Counted from the stretch's first letter, positions 29,184-38,425 are shown. The stretch: DNA of 64,000 nt from Candidatus Caribbeanibacter nitroreducens (GCA_947581645.1 CANPVF010000159.1:2904-66903); one strand, 5' to 3'. The notes: generated by a model from the sequence alone, not told the origin. Program-made: numbers and translations.

Positions 29184-30031
29184 GGTCGTCCCCCGCCCAC
29201 CACCGCCCGGAGGACGGCCGCCGACCCGGCGGGGCGCGCACCGGCGCGCCGCTCGTCCAGCTCCACCGGGGCCGGCGCACCGTCCACCGCGGCCCGACCG
29301 TCGCCCGTGACCCGGATCCGCCCCGCGGCCTCGAGCTCCAGGGTCCGGTCCAGGAGGGCTCCCCAGCTCGCCCTCATCATCCACTCCCGCTGGGCGTAGG
29401 CGTACGCCTTCAGCAGGTCCTCGGCCTCCCACTCACGCGCATCCGTCACCATCGGGTGGACCGGGAACGACCGGGAGAGCAGGAGCGGCGGCCCGACGTC
29501 CACCCGCTCCGTGGCCAGGTGCACGGTGCTTCGCGTCTCGGGCTCCCCGGCGAAGACCGCATCCCGTGTGGAGCGGAGCCCCCGGTAGAGCGGCACGCCG
29601 TCCCCGTCCCTGAGGGTCAGGTCGGCATCGTGGACGTTGAACACGCGGTCCGGGAACGCCGCCAGGAGCTCCCCGGTGGCGATCCACAGGTAGCCGCACA
29701 TGAGCACGGCCTCGGCGCCGGAAGCGTGGAGCCGGTCGACCAGGCGCCGGTCGAAGGCCTCCCGTGCTCCCCGGTCGCCGACGTCCGCCCCGCGCCGGCG
29801 GCAGAAAGCCTCGGGGCAGCGGACCTCCGTGGCGACGCCCGCCGACTCCGCCGCCGGGAGGGCGGAGCTCTCCGGGTCGCTGGCCACCACGGCCACGATC
29901 CGGTAGGGCGCGCCGCGTCCGGCGCTCCGCTCCAGCAACCGCTCGAGCCCCGGCGCACGGGCCGAGGTGAGCACCGCGACGCGCAGCGGGTCCCCCGCCG
30001 TGCGCCGTCCGTTCGTCGTACCGCCGGACAC
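29180..30031 (-). CDS. N10-formyl-THF-dependent formyltransferase (PurN/Fmt fold); candidate HypX N-terminal-domain equivalent
   Basis: LRVAVLTS, REAFD, CGYLWI, FNVH and STVH...VDVGP motifs; starts about 11 nt after hypE (alternative GTG at 30040). Confidence 0.85.
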   Translation of the reverse strand: MSGGTTNGRRTAGDPLRVAVLTSARAPGLERLLERSAGRGAPYRIVAVVASDPESSALPAAESAGVATEVRCPEAFCRRRGADVGDRGAREAFDRRLVDRLHASGAEAVLMCGYLWIATGELLAAFPDRVFNVHDADLTLRDGDGVPLYRGLRSTRDAVFAGEPETRSTVHLATERVDVGPPLLLSRSFPVHPMVTDAREWEAEDLLKAYAYAQREWMMRASWGALLDRTLELEAAGRIRVTGDGRAAVDGAPAPVELDERRAGARPAGSAAVLRAVVGGGRP

Positions 30032-30042
30032 GTTCTCCACCC

Positions 30043-31113
30043 CTAGCAGATCCGGGGGAGCGGTTCGCCCTGGGGCTCCGTCACCAGTCGCCGGCCGATG
30101 CCGGTGTCCAGCACCACCCGGCCCGGGTGCTCCGCGGCGACCTCGCCGACGATGGCGGCCCGTCCGCCGGCCGGATGCTCCCGGATGGCTTCCAGCACCG
30201 CCTCCGCCGACTCCGGCCGCACCCCCACGACCGCCTTCCCCTCGTTGGCGATGTGGAAGGGATCGAGCCCCAGCATCTCGGCCGCGGACCGCACCACGTC
30301 GGAGACGGGCACCGCCCTCTCCTCGATCACCACCGAGACGCCGGCCTTCTCGGCCATCTCGTGCAGGGCGCTGGCCACGCCGCCGCGGGTGGGGTCCTTG
30401 AGCGCGGTGATTCCGCCCCCGGCGGCCGCGAGCGCCCGGGCCACCAGGCCGTTGATCGGGGCCACGTCGGAGACCAGGTCGCCCCGGAGGTCCAGCTCGT
30501 GCCGGAGGGCCATGAGCGCGATCCCGTGGTCGCCGATGTCCCCGGTGAGGATGATCCGGTCGCCGGGCCGGAGCCCCGCGTCCCGGACCAGGGGCTCGGC
30601 GAACCCGACGCCGGTGGTGTTGATCACGACGCCGTCGATCTCGCCGCGGCCCATGACCTTGGTGTCTCCGGTGACGATCCTCGTCCCCGCCTCCCGACAC
30701 GTCTCCCGCATGGAGGCCTGGATCCGCTCCAGCTCCTCCCGGGCCAGCCCCTCCTCCGCGATGACCGAGGAGGTGAGCCCCAGCGGCTCGGCGGCCCCCA
30801 TCATGGCCAGGTCGTTCACCGTCCCGGCCACGGCCAGCCGGCCGATGTCGCCGCCCGGGAACCGGACGGGGTGGATCACGTGGGAGTCGGTGGTGAGGAC
30901 CAGCCAGCGGCCGTCGGGCAGACGGAAGGCGGCCCCGTCGTCCATGGCGGCGAGCCCCACCTCCCCGTCGCGCTCGTCCAGGAAGCCCGCCGCCAGCGTC
31001 TCCTCCACCAGCTGCCGCATGGCGCCGCCGCCGGCGCCGTGCTTCAGCGTGATCCGCTCGACGGCCGTGGCCGCCCCTCCGGCTCCTCCGTTTCTTCGGG
31101 CGGGTCCGCTCAT
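30043..31113 (-). CDS. hypE: Hydrogenase maturation carbamoyl dehydratase HypE
   Basis: HGAGG, TTDSH, GTVNDLAM, GDTKV, DPTRGG, ANEGK and C-terminal PRIC. Confidence 0.96.
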   Translation of the reverse strand: MSGPARRNGGAGGAATAVERITLKHGAGGGAMRQLVEETLAAGFLDERDGEVGLAAMDDGAAFRLPDGRWLVLTTDSHVIHPVRFPGGDIGRLAVAGTVNDLAMMGAAEPLGLTSSVIAEEGLAREELERIQASMRETCREAGTRIVTGDTKVMGRGEIDGVVINTTGVGFAEPLVRDAGLRPGDRIILTGDIGDHGIALMALRHELDLRGDLVSDVAPINGLVARALAAAGGGITALKDPTRGGVASALHEMAEKAGVSVVIEERAVPVSDVVRSAAEMLGLDPFHIANEGKAVVGVRPESAEAVLEAIREHPAGGRAAIVGEVAAEHPGRVVLDTGIGRRLVTEPQGEPLPRIC

Positions 31114-32294
31114 AGGTCCGGGTGTCCTCCGTACTGGTGCCAGATCTTGCAGGTGCCCTCGCTGCTCACCATGCAGGCGCCCACCGGGTTCTCCGGCGTG
31201 CACTCCTCGCCGAACAGCGAGCAGTCGTGCGGCGAGGAGCGGCCGGCCATGATGTCGCCGCAGATGCAGGCCTGCGTGAGCGGCGTCGGCGAGCCCCGCC
31301 GGAGCGACCCGACGTCGATGTCGAAGCGCCGGCGGGCGTCGACGCCGGCGTACTCGTCCCTGAGGCGCAGGTTGCCGTTGGGGACGTGGGCGATGCCCCG
31401 CCACTTGCCGCCGGTGGGCCGGAACACCTTCCACAGCTGCTCCTGGGCGTTCCGGTTGCCCTGCTCGGTGACGCACCGGGGGTACATGTTCACCACCCGC
31501 GGATCGTCGTCCCGGACGAGCTCCACCAGCTGGACCAGTCCCGCCAGCACGTCCAGCGGCTCGAAGCCGGCCACCACCACCGGGATGCCGTGCCGGTCCA
31601 CGAAGCGCTCGAAGAGCGCGGAGCCGGTGATCGTGGCGGCGTGCCCCGCTGCCAGGTATCCCTCGACCCGGGTGTGGGGCATCTCGGCCACGATCTCCAT
31701 GACCGGCGGGATGTACTTGTGGGCCGAGAGCACGGAGAAGTTGTCCGGCGGTTCGGCCAGCACCACCGCGGCCGTGGCCACGGCCGTCGTCTCGAAGCCG
31801 CTGGCGAAGAAGACCACCTCGTCGTCCGTGTCCCGCGCCAGCTCCACCGCCTGCGAGGCGCTGTAGACCACGTCCACCCGGGCCCCGTCGGCCTGGGCAT
31901 CGGCCAGCGACTGGACGGTGCCGGGCACATGGAGCATGTCGCCGTAGGTGGCGACCCGGACGCCCTGCCGGGCCAGGGCCACGGCCTCGTCGACCTCGGG
32001 CATGTCGGTGACGCAGACCGGGCAGCCCGGCCCCATGATCACGTCGAGCCCCTGCGGGAGGATGGTACGGATCCCGTACTTGGCGATGGACTGCTCGTGG
32101 CTCCCGCAGACGTGCATCACCGAGACCCGGTCGCGGTCCACCTCGCCCACGACTCGCTCCAGGGCTTCGGCCAGCGCCCGTGCCTTCTCGGGATCCCTGA
32201 ACTCGAGCTCGCGCGCCGACCGGCCCGCGGCGCCGCCGTCGGGTCCCTCCGTCGGTGGCGCGGCGGTCGGCTGTCCTCCGGGCGCGTCGCTCAT
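31110..32294 (-). CDS. hypD: Hydrogenase maturation protein HypD
   Basis: VCGSHE, GPGCPVC, GFETT and C-terminal CICG...C...CTPENPVGACMVSSEGTC. Confidence 0.96.
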   Translation of the reverse strand: MSDAPGGQPTAAPPTEGPDGGAAGRSARELEFRDPEKARALAEALERVVGEVDRDRVSVMHVCGSHEQSIAKYGIRTILPQGLDVIMGPGCPVCVTDMPEVDEAVALARQGVRVATYGDMLHVPGTVQSLADAQADGARVDVVYSASQAVELARDTDDEVVFFASGFETTAVATAAVVLAEPPDNFSVLSAHKYIPPVMEIVAEMPHTRVEGYLAAGHAATITGSALFERFVDRHGIPVVVAGFEPLDVLAGLVQLVELVRDDDPRVVNMYPRCVTEQGNRNAQEQLWKVFRPTGGKWRGIAHVPNGNLRLRDEYAGVDARRRFDIDVGSLRRGSPTPLTQACICGDIMAGRSSPHDCSLFGEECTPENPVGACMVSSEGTCKIWHQYGGHPDL

Positions 32295-32617
32295 CGGTTC
32301 CCCTCCGGACCGCGGGGCACGCCCGGCGTCGGGTCGGACGACGGCATGCTCGCCTGTTCGATCTCGTCGCGGACGTCCTCGGCCATCATGTCTCCTCCGG
32401 CCTCCTCCAGGAGCTCGCTGTAGAGGGCCAGCGTCTCTCCGATCTCGGCCTCCGGGATCTTGCGGATCGCGAAGCCCACGTGATTCAGGATGTAGTCCCC
32501 CGGCGACACCGGCTCGTCCACGACATCGAGCCGCGTCTCGCGCCGCACGCCCCAGAAGTCCACGACGGCGACGTCGCCCTTCACCTCGACCACCTTGCCC
32601 GGCACGCCCAGACACAT
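32291..32617 (-). CDS. hypC: Hydrogenase chaperone HypC
   Basis: MCLGVPGKV and GDYILNHVGFAI. Confidence 0.95.
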   Translation of the reverse strand: MCLGVPGKVVEVKGDVAVVDFWGVRRETRLDVVDEPVSPGDYILNHVGFAIRKIPEAEIGETLALYSELLEEAGGDMMAEDVRDEIEQASMPSSDPTPGVPRGPEGNR

Positions 32618-32631
32618 GTTCTCGCTCCTCT

Positions 32632-33324
32632 CTAGCTGGTGCCCAGCGACCCGCGGGCGTAGTTCCCGCTCCCGACTTCGGAACGGAGGAAGTCGCACCA
32701 CTCCTCCATGCCCTCGCCGTTCCGGGCGGACGTGAAGAAGAAGCGGAGGTCGGGATTGACCTCCCGCGCGTAGCTCACCGCCCGCTCGACGTCGAAGTCC
32801 AGGTGCGGGAGCAGGTCCATCTTCGTGATCACGGCGTACCGGGCGAGCCGGAACATCTTCGGGTACTTCACCGGCTTGTCCTCGCCCTCGGTCACCGAGA
32901 ACAGGACCACCTTCTCCTGCTCGCCCAGGTCCCAGCTCGCCGGGCAGACCAGGTTGCCCACGTTCTCGATGAACAGGAGCCGGGTCTCGTCGAGGTCCAG
33001 CGCGTCCAGCGCCTCGGAGACCTGACGTGCGTCCAGGTGGCACGCTCCGTCGGTGACCACCGCCTGGACGAGCCTCGGCGTGAGCCGCGCGATGCGGTTG
33101 GCGTCGTTCTCCGTCTGGACGTCGCCGGTGACGACGGCGATGGGGAACTCGGCGTCCAGCCGCTCCAGCGTGGCCTCCAGCAGGGCCGTTTTCCCGGATC
33201 CGGGCGAGGAGACGAGGTTGTAGGTCGTCACCCCCGCATCGGTGAGCCGGCGCCGGACGTCGGCCGCGAGCTCGTCGTTCTTCTTCATCACTTTCTCGCG
33301 CACCTGAATGCGGCGAACCGTCAT
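32632..33324 (-). CDS. hypB: Nickel-insertion GTPase HypB
   Basis: SSPGSGKT, GACHLD, ENVGNLVCPA, EGEDKPVKYP and TKMD motifs. Confidence 0.96.
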   Translation of the reverse strand: MTVRRIQVREKVMKKNDELAADVRRRLTDAGVTTYNLVSSPGSGKTALLEATLERLDAEFPIAVVTGDVQTENDANRIARLTPRLVQAVVTDGACHLDARQVSEALDALDLDETRLLFIENVGNLVCPASWDLGEQEKVVLFSVTEGEDKPVKYPKMFRLARYAVITKMDLLPHLDFDVERAVSYAREVNPDLRFFFTSARNGEGMEEWCDFLRSEVGSGNYARGSLGTS

Positions 33325-33734
33325 CGGACACCCTTCCCCTGGTTCGAGTCTGCTCTGCTACCGTCTCCGGCACCGCGCGGCGGTCCGGCCTCGGAGGGCA
33401 GGGGCGCGTCGCCCAGCGGGCTCGGCCCGTTCCCGCCCCCGTCCGCCACCGCGGCCGTGCCGTCCCGGTCTCCGTCTCCGTCCTCGATCCCGTCCTCCAC
33501 GTCGATCCACGCCAGCCGCAGCACGTCCCCCCGGCAGCGCTCCAGCACCGGCCGGGCGTCGTCGAAGGGAGGCTCCGTGAGCACCGCCTGGAGACAGAAC
33601 TCCAGGGCGTCGATCACCACGCCCGCGCGATCGCCCACCTCCACGCCCACGGCCGAGACGCGCGGCAGGAGCTCCCGGTCCACCTGCTCGGCGGCCAGGC
33701 GTCCCACCTCCATGGCGAGGCTCATCTCGTGCAC
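33321..33734 (-). CDS. hypA: Nickel metallochaperone HypA lacking the zinc-binding domain
   Basis: N-terminal MHEMSLA and VEVG...V...ALEFC; no CxxC pairs; acidic low-complexity tail. Confidence 0.82.
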   Translation of the reverse strand: MHEMSLAMEVGRLAAEQVDRELLPRVSAVGVEVGDRAGVVIDALEFCLQAVLTEPPFDDARPVLERCRGDVLRLAWIDVEDGIEDGDGDRDGTAAVADGGGNGPSPLGDAPLPSEAGPPRGAGDGSRADSNQGKGVR

Positions 33735-33771
33735 CGGCGCCCCCCCGTCCCGTGTCGCATGGCCGTCCCGA

Positions 33772-34362
33772 TCACGCGCGACCCGGCTCGCCCGCCACGG
33801 GCTCCTCCGCGGGCCGGTGTTCGGCCCCGACGCCCCAGCTCCGGAGCCGGTCCACGGCGCGGATGACCAGGTCGTCGAGGCCGGCCACGGCCTCGGGGCT
33901 GAGGGCCGTCTCGGTGGCCAGCTCGGCGGGCTGGAGGCCCACGGCCACCGTCTCCTCCGGGAGCGTCCCCCGGAGCGAGGCCAGGGCCAGGACCTCCCGG
34001 ATGCCCACCTGGTGCGTCGAGATCTTGCCGTCCAGGAAGAGCGGGAGGTCGTCCCGCTCCAGGACCACCGTCTCGCCGGGCTCGTCGCCCACGTCGATGG
34101 CGTCCAGCAGGAGCAGCCGGTCGGCGTCCTCCACGGCGGGCAGGAGCATCATGCCCCACGTGCCGCCGTCCAGCAGCTCCACGTCGGGAGAGAGGCTCCA
34201 CTCCTCCCGCAGCCGGGCCAGCGCCGCCAGCCCGATCCCGTCGTCCGCCAGCAGGGGGTTGCCCAGCCCGATCACCACGACCCGCGAGCCGGCGCCGGGC
34301 GGGGCGTCTCCGGGTCGGGGCCGGCGTCCTCCACCGGCCTCACCCGGGTGCTCACTCCTCAT
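33772..34362 (-). CDS. hyaD: Hydrogenase maturation endopeptidase (HyaD/HybD family)
   Basis: GLGNPLLADDGIG, DGGT, LDA, STHQ and GLQP motifs. Confidence 0.94.
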   Translation of the reverse strand: MRSEHPGEAGGGRRPRPGDAPPGAGSRVVVIGLGNPLLADDGIGLAALARLREEWSLSPDVELLDGGTWGMMLLPAVEDADRLLLLDAIDVGDEPGETVVLERDDLPLFLDGKISTHQVGIREVLALASLRGTLPEETVAVGLQPAELATETALSPEAVAGLDDLVIRAVDRLRSWGVGAEHRPAEEPVAGEPGRA

Positions 34363-35128
34363 CGACGAACTCCTGGTCCCGGGGCAGGAACCGGCCGCCG
34401 CTCACCATGGAGGAGACGGTGCCCGTCGATTCCGTCAGCTCCGCCCGGATGGTCAGGTAGACGTGGATCGGAATGAAGATGAGGAAGACCCACGTCAGGA
34501 CGTGGTGCACCAGGCGCGTGTACTGGACGCCGCCCAGGAGCCCGTTCACCCAGGAGAAGGCCGCGTAGAAGAAGCCGTCGGGATTGGCCTGTCCGTACAT
34601 GGCGAAGCCGGTGAGCACCATCACCACGGTCACCGCGTACAGGCCGGTGTAGGAAATCTGCTGGATGGGGTTGTGCCCCATGTACTCCGGCTCCTCGTCC
34701 CCGACCATCATGTAGTGCTTCACGATCTTCCACATGTTGACCCAGTCCTCCCGTCGGAACGGGAAGAGGGCCCGCCAGCTCTCGAACTTGTTGCCGACGA
34801 AGAGCCAGTAGACCCGGACGATGCCGGTGGCCACCAGCAGGCCGGCCGCCGCGAAGTGGATGAAGCGCATCCACCCCATCAGGTAGTGGTTGGCCGGCTC
34901 GCCAGTGGTCATGAAGTACGGGGCGCCGATGTAGAAGCCGGTGACGACGAGGGCGACGATGGCCACGGCGGCCACCCAGTGCATGGCGCGAATGGGCCAG
35001 TGCCACAGGTAGACCCACTCGTAGTCGCCCTCGGGCGGCCTCGGGATGGCGGCCAGACCGGGCTGCTCCGTCCGCTCGGGCTCGTGCGTGCTCTGGCGTC
35101 CCCCGCGTTCCTCCCGCTCGGTGCTCAC
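34352..35128 (-). CDS. hyaC: Ni/Fe-hydrogenase cytochrome b subunit
   Basis: WHWPIRAMHW, RFIHF, GHNP and RLVHH...IHVY; 4 TM. Confidence 0.94.
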   Translation of the reverse strand: MSTEREERGGRQSTHEPERTEQPGLAAIPRPPEGDYEWVYLWHWPIRAMHWVAAVAIVALVVTGFYIGAPYFMTTGEPANHYLMGWMRFIHFAAAGLLVATGIVRVYWLFVGNKFESWRALFPFRREDWVNMWKIVKHYMMVGDEEPEYMGHNPIQQISYTGLYAVTVVMVLTGFAMYGQANPDGFFYAAFSWVNGLLGGVQYTRLVHHVLTWVFLIFIPIHVYLTIRAELTESTGTVSSMVSGGRFLPRDQEFVDEE

Positions 35129-36936
35129 GACGCACCTCCCGCCTCCACCTCATCGGCGGCGTCCGAGGGTCGACCGACCTCGTCGTCGGCCACGTCCGGA
35201 GGGCTCCCGAACCCCAGGCCGGTACCGTGGTCCAGCCGCACCTTCGTCACGACGTTTCCGCGGTCGTCCAGGACGTGGGCCCCGCAGGCCATGCAGGGGT
35301 CGAAGGAGTGGACCGTCCGGAGCAGCTCGATCGGCTCCTCGGGATCGACCAGCGGGTGGTTGTCCACCAGGGAAGCCTCGTAGGGCCCCATCTGCCCCTC
35401 GGCGTCCCGCGGCGAGCAGTTCCAGGTGCTGGGCACGACGCACTGGTACTTCGAGATCTCGCCGTTCTCGATGCGCACCCAGTGGCCCAGCGAGCCCCGG
35501 GCCGCGTCGCAGTAGCCGTATCCGCGTGCCGACTCCGGCCACGTCTCCGGCTCCCACTTCTCGCCGTTGAACGTTTCCGTGTCGCCGCCCCGGATGCGCT
35601 CCACGAGCCGGTCGTACCAGTCCTCCATCTTGCGGGCCAGCAGCACCGTCTCGGCGCCGCGCGCGGCCGTCCGTCCCAGGGTGGAGAAGAGGGCCTCGGG
35701 GCCCACCTCGAGCCGACCCAGGGCCTCGTCGACGATGGCCTGGATGTCCTCGTGGCCCGAGGCGTAGCCCACCAGCATCCTGGCCAGGGGTCCGACCTCC
35801 ATGGGGCGCCCGTCGTAGCGGGGCGCCTTCATCCAGGTGTACTTCTCCTCGTCCTGGAGGTACTCCCAGGGCGGCTCGGGGCCCGTGTAGTTCGGCGTCG
35901 TCTCGCCGTCGTAGGGGTGGAGCCCCGTTCCCGGTCCGTCCTCGTAGCTGTACCAGGAGCTGTCCACGTACTCCCTCACCAGCGAGGGGTCGTACTCGTG
36001 CACCGTGGACAGGTCGTTGTCGAGGATGATCCCCCGCGGGAAGTACAGGGAGTCGAGGTCGCGGACGTCGTTCTCGGGGAATTCGCCGCACGCCATGTAG
36101 TTGGGCACGCCGCCGCCGATGGACGCCCACTCCTTGTAGAACGACGCGATGGTCAGCAGGTCCGGCCAGTACACCTGCTCCACGAAGCGCCGGGCCCGGC
36201 CGATCATGTCGTGGATGTCCGTGAGGCTCTCGGCGTTGATCGTGGCCGTGTCGTCCAGGTTGATGGCCGAGGCCATGCCGCCCACGACGAAGTTCGGGTG
36301 CGGGTTCTTGCCGCCGAAGATCGCGTGGATGCGGATCACGTCCCGCTGCCAGTCCAGGGCCTCCAGGTAGTGGGCCACCGCCATCAGGTTGGCCTCCGGA
36401 GGCAGGCTGTAGGCCTCGTGCCCCCAGTAGGCGTTGGCGAAGATCCCCAGCTGGCCGGACTCGGCGAACGTCTCCAGCCGGTCCTTGATCTCCCGGAAGT
36501 AGTTCCGGGAGTGCTTCGGCCAGGGGGAGACCTCTCCGGCGAGATCCGCGGTGGCAACCGGATCCGCCTCCAGGGCGCTCATCACGTCCACCCAGTCCAG
36601 GGCGTGGAGGTGATAGAAGTGGATCACGTGATCCTGGATGGTCTGGATGCCGTGTACGATGTTCCGGATGATGTTGGCGTTCGGCGGAATCCGGATGTCC
36701 AGGGCGTCCTCCACGGCACGGAGCGACGCGATGGCGTGCACCACGGTGCACACCCCGCAGATCCGCTGGGTGAAGGCCCAGGCGTCGCGGGGGTCCCGCC
36801 CCTCCATGATGGTCTCGATGCCCCGGAACTGGGTGGACGAGGCCCAGGCGTCCTGAATCCGTCCGTTCTCCTGCCGGGCCTCGATCCGGAGATGTCCCTC
36901 GATCCGCGTGATCGGGTCGACGACGACTCTAGGCAT
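35125..36936 (-). CDS. hyaB: Group 1 [NiFe] uptake hydrogenase large subunit
   Basis: DPITRIEGH; L1 RICGVCTVVH; L2 SFDPCMACGAH followed by a cleavable C-terminal extension. Confidence 0.97.
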   Translation of the reverse strand: MPRVVVDPITRIEGHLRIEARQENGRIQDAWASSTQFRGIETIMEGRDPRDAWAFTQRICGVCTVVHAIASLRAVEDALDIRIPPNANIIRNIVHGIQTIQDHVIHFYHLHALDWVDVMSALEADPVATADLAGEVSPWPKHSRNYFREIKDRLETFAESGQLGIFANAYWGHEAYSLPPEANLMAVAHYLEALDWQRDVIRIHAIFGGKNPHPNFVVGGMASAINLDDTATINAESLTDIHDMIGRARRFVEQVYWPDLLTIASFYKEWASIGGGVPNYMACGEFPENDVRDLDSLYFPRGIILDNDLSTVHEYDPSLVREYVDSSWYSYEDGPGTGLHPYDGETTPNYTGPEPPWEYLQDEEKYTWMKAPRYDGRPMEVGPLARMLVGYASGHEDIQAIVDEALGRLEVGPEALFSTLGRTAARGAETVLLARKMEDWYDRLVERIRGGDTETFNGEKWEPETWPESARGYGYCDAARGSLGHWVRIENGEISKYQCVVPSTWNCSPRDAEGQMGPYEASLVDNHPLVDPEEPIELLRTVHSFDPCMACGAHVLDDRGNVVTKVRLDHGTGLGFGSPPDVADDEVGRPSDAADEVEAGGAS

Positions 36937-36939
36937 GGG

Positions 36940-38118
36940 TCACTCCCTCTCTTCCGCGTTCGTTTCGCCCCTCTCGGGCGAGCTCTCGCCGCCGCCCTGG
37001 TCCGCCACCGGCAGCTCCCGTCCCTTCTTCTTTTCCCGCATGCGCTGCACGCCCGTGGCGATCGCGTGCGCGCCCACACCGGCGGCCGCCCCCACGGCCA
37101 GCCCGAGGCCGATCTCGTCGGCCGTACGCTCGACGCCGAACCCGGCCACGCCGGGCAGCCTCTCGTAGAAGGGGGTCATGGAGTCCCAGAAGTAGGGCTC
37201 GGTGCACCCGATGCACGGGTGGCCGGCGCCGATGGGCCAGTCCGTGCCGGAGTTCCACTGGAAGATCGGGCATGGGGAGAACGTCGCCGGCCCCTTGCAG
37301 CCCACCTCGTACAGGCACCAGCCCCGCCGCGCGCCCTCGTCGTCGAACTCCTGCACGAACTGCCCGGCGTCGTAGTTGGCCCGCTTCGGGCACTGGTCGT
37401 GGATGCGGGCGCCGTAGGCGAAGAGCGGCCGCCCCTCGCCGTCCAGGTCCGGCATGCTCCCGAAGGTGAGGTAGTGCACCAGGGTGGCGGTGACGGTGTC
37501 CGCGATGGGCGGACAGCCCGCGAGGTTCACCACCGGCCTGTCCGTGACGATCTCGTCCGTCCGGACCGCACCGGTGGGATTCGGATCGGCGGCCTGGACG
37601 CTGCCGTAGTGGGCGCAGGCGCCCACCGCGATCACGCCGGCGGCGCCCTCGGCCGCCTCCACCAGAACGTCGTGGGCGGTGCGTCCCCCCATCGTGGTGT
37701 AGACGCCGCCCTCGTTCATGGGCACCGAACCGGTGACAACGAGCAGGTACTCGCCCCGCTTCTCCTCCATGGTCTGCTGCAGGACTTCCTCGGCCCGATG
37801 TCCGGCCGCCGCCATCAGCGTGTGCTGGTAGTCCAGCGACACCTTGTTCAGGATCAGGTCGCCGATGGTCGGCGACTCCGACCGGAGGACGCTCTCCACG
37901 CAGCCCGTGCACTCCTGCAGCTGCAGCCAGATGACGCTGGGCCGCTGCTGCTCGGAGAGGGACTGCATGATCGCGGGACCCATGGCGCTCCCGACCCCGA
38001 GGATCACGCCCATCTCTCCGCAGTAGGTCAGGAATTCCCGGCGGTTGATGCCCTGGCGCTCCAGGTTCTCGCCCAGGGTCTCGTCGTTCTTCCACGCGAA
38101 CTCGTTGGGGACGAACAT
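36940..38118 (-). CDS. hyaA: Group 1 [NiFe] hydrogenase small subunit (Tat-exported, membrane-anchored)
   Basis: Tat signal NRREFL; ECTGCVES, GACA, GCPP, HDQC, WCL...GCKGP and HPCIGC motifs; C-terminal TM with His. Confidence 0.96.
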   Translation of the reverse strand: MFVPNEFAWKNDETLGENLERQGINRREFLTYCGEMGVILGVGSAMGPAIMQSLSEQQRPSVIWLQLQECTGCVESVLRSESPTIGDLILNKVSLDYQHTLMAAAGHRAEEVLQQTMEEKRGEYLLVVTGSVPMNEGGVYTTMGGRTAHDVLVEAAEGAAGVIAVGACAHYGSVQAADPNPTGAVRTDEIVTDRPVVNLAGCPPIADTVTATLVHYLTFGSMPDLDGEGRPLFAYGARIHDQCPKRANYDAGQFVQEFDDEGARRGWCLYEVGCKGPATFSPCPIFQWNSGTDWPIGAGHPCIGCTEPYFWDSMTPFYERLPGVAGFGVERTADEIGLGLAVGAAAGVGAHAIATGVQRMREKKKGRELPVADQGGGESSPERGETNAEERE

Positions 38119-38266
38119 CGCTGCCTCCCGGAATGATGGACGCTCCGGCGACATGCGCCGGTCGGAGAGGCCGGGGCCGGTCCGCGGGCTGCCACCCTCT
38201 CAAGCTCGCTTGGGAAGCTAGAGTCCGCGATAGGAGGCGTCTGTCGGGGCCCGCCCGGAGAGGAAT

Positions 38267-38425
38267 GTGGGAGATTCCGCCGCGACGGTGTGGGGAGGCT
38301 CCCCGCGCCGGCCGAAAGGCACCGACGGCCGGTCGGGCGGCAGGCGACCTCCTCCCGCCGAGCGAACCGTGCGTTCGGATCCCTCCGGACGGGAGTGGCG
38401 CCGCTGGCGTGGGAAATCTCCCTAC
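38267..38425. promoter_or_regulatory. Cluster of 17-bp palindromic sites in the divergent hydrogenase/cytochrome promoter
   Basis: GTGGGGAGGCTCCCCGC (38290), GTGGGAAATCTCCCTAC (38409) and degenerate GTGGGAGATTCCGCCGC (38267). Confidence 0.55.

Noticed and set aside
29180..30031. Formyltransferase as purine-pathway PurN
   Set aside because: It lacks the GxGSN GAR-binding loop and HPSLLP (has HDADL), carries an extra C-terminal segment, and has no pur genes nearby.
35270..35310. [NiFeSe] hydrogenase
   Set aside because: L2 is DPCMAC with ordinary Cys codons and no in-frame TGA.
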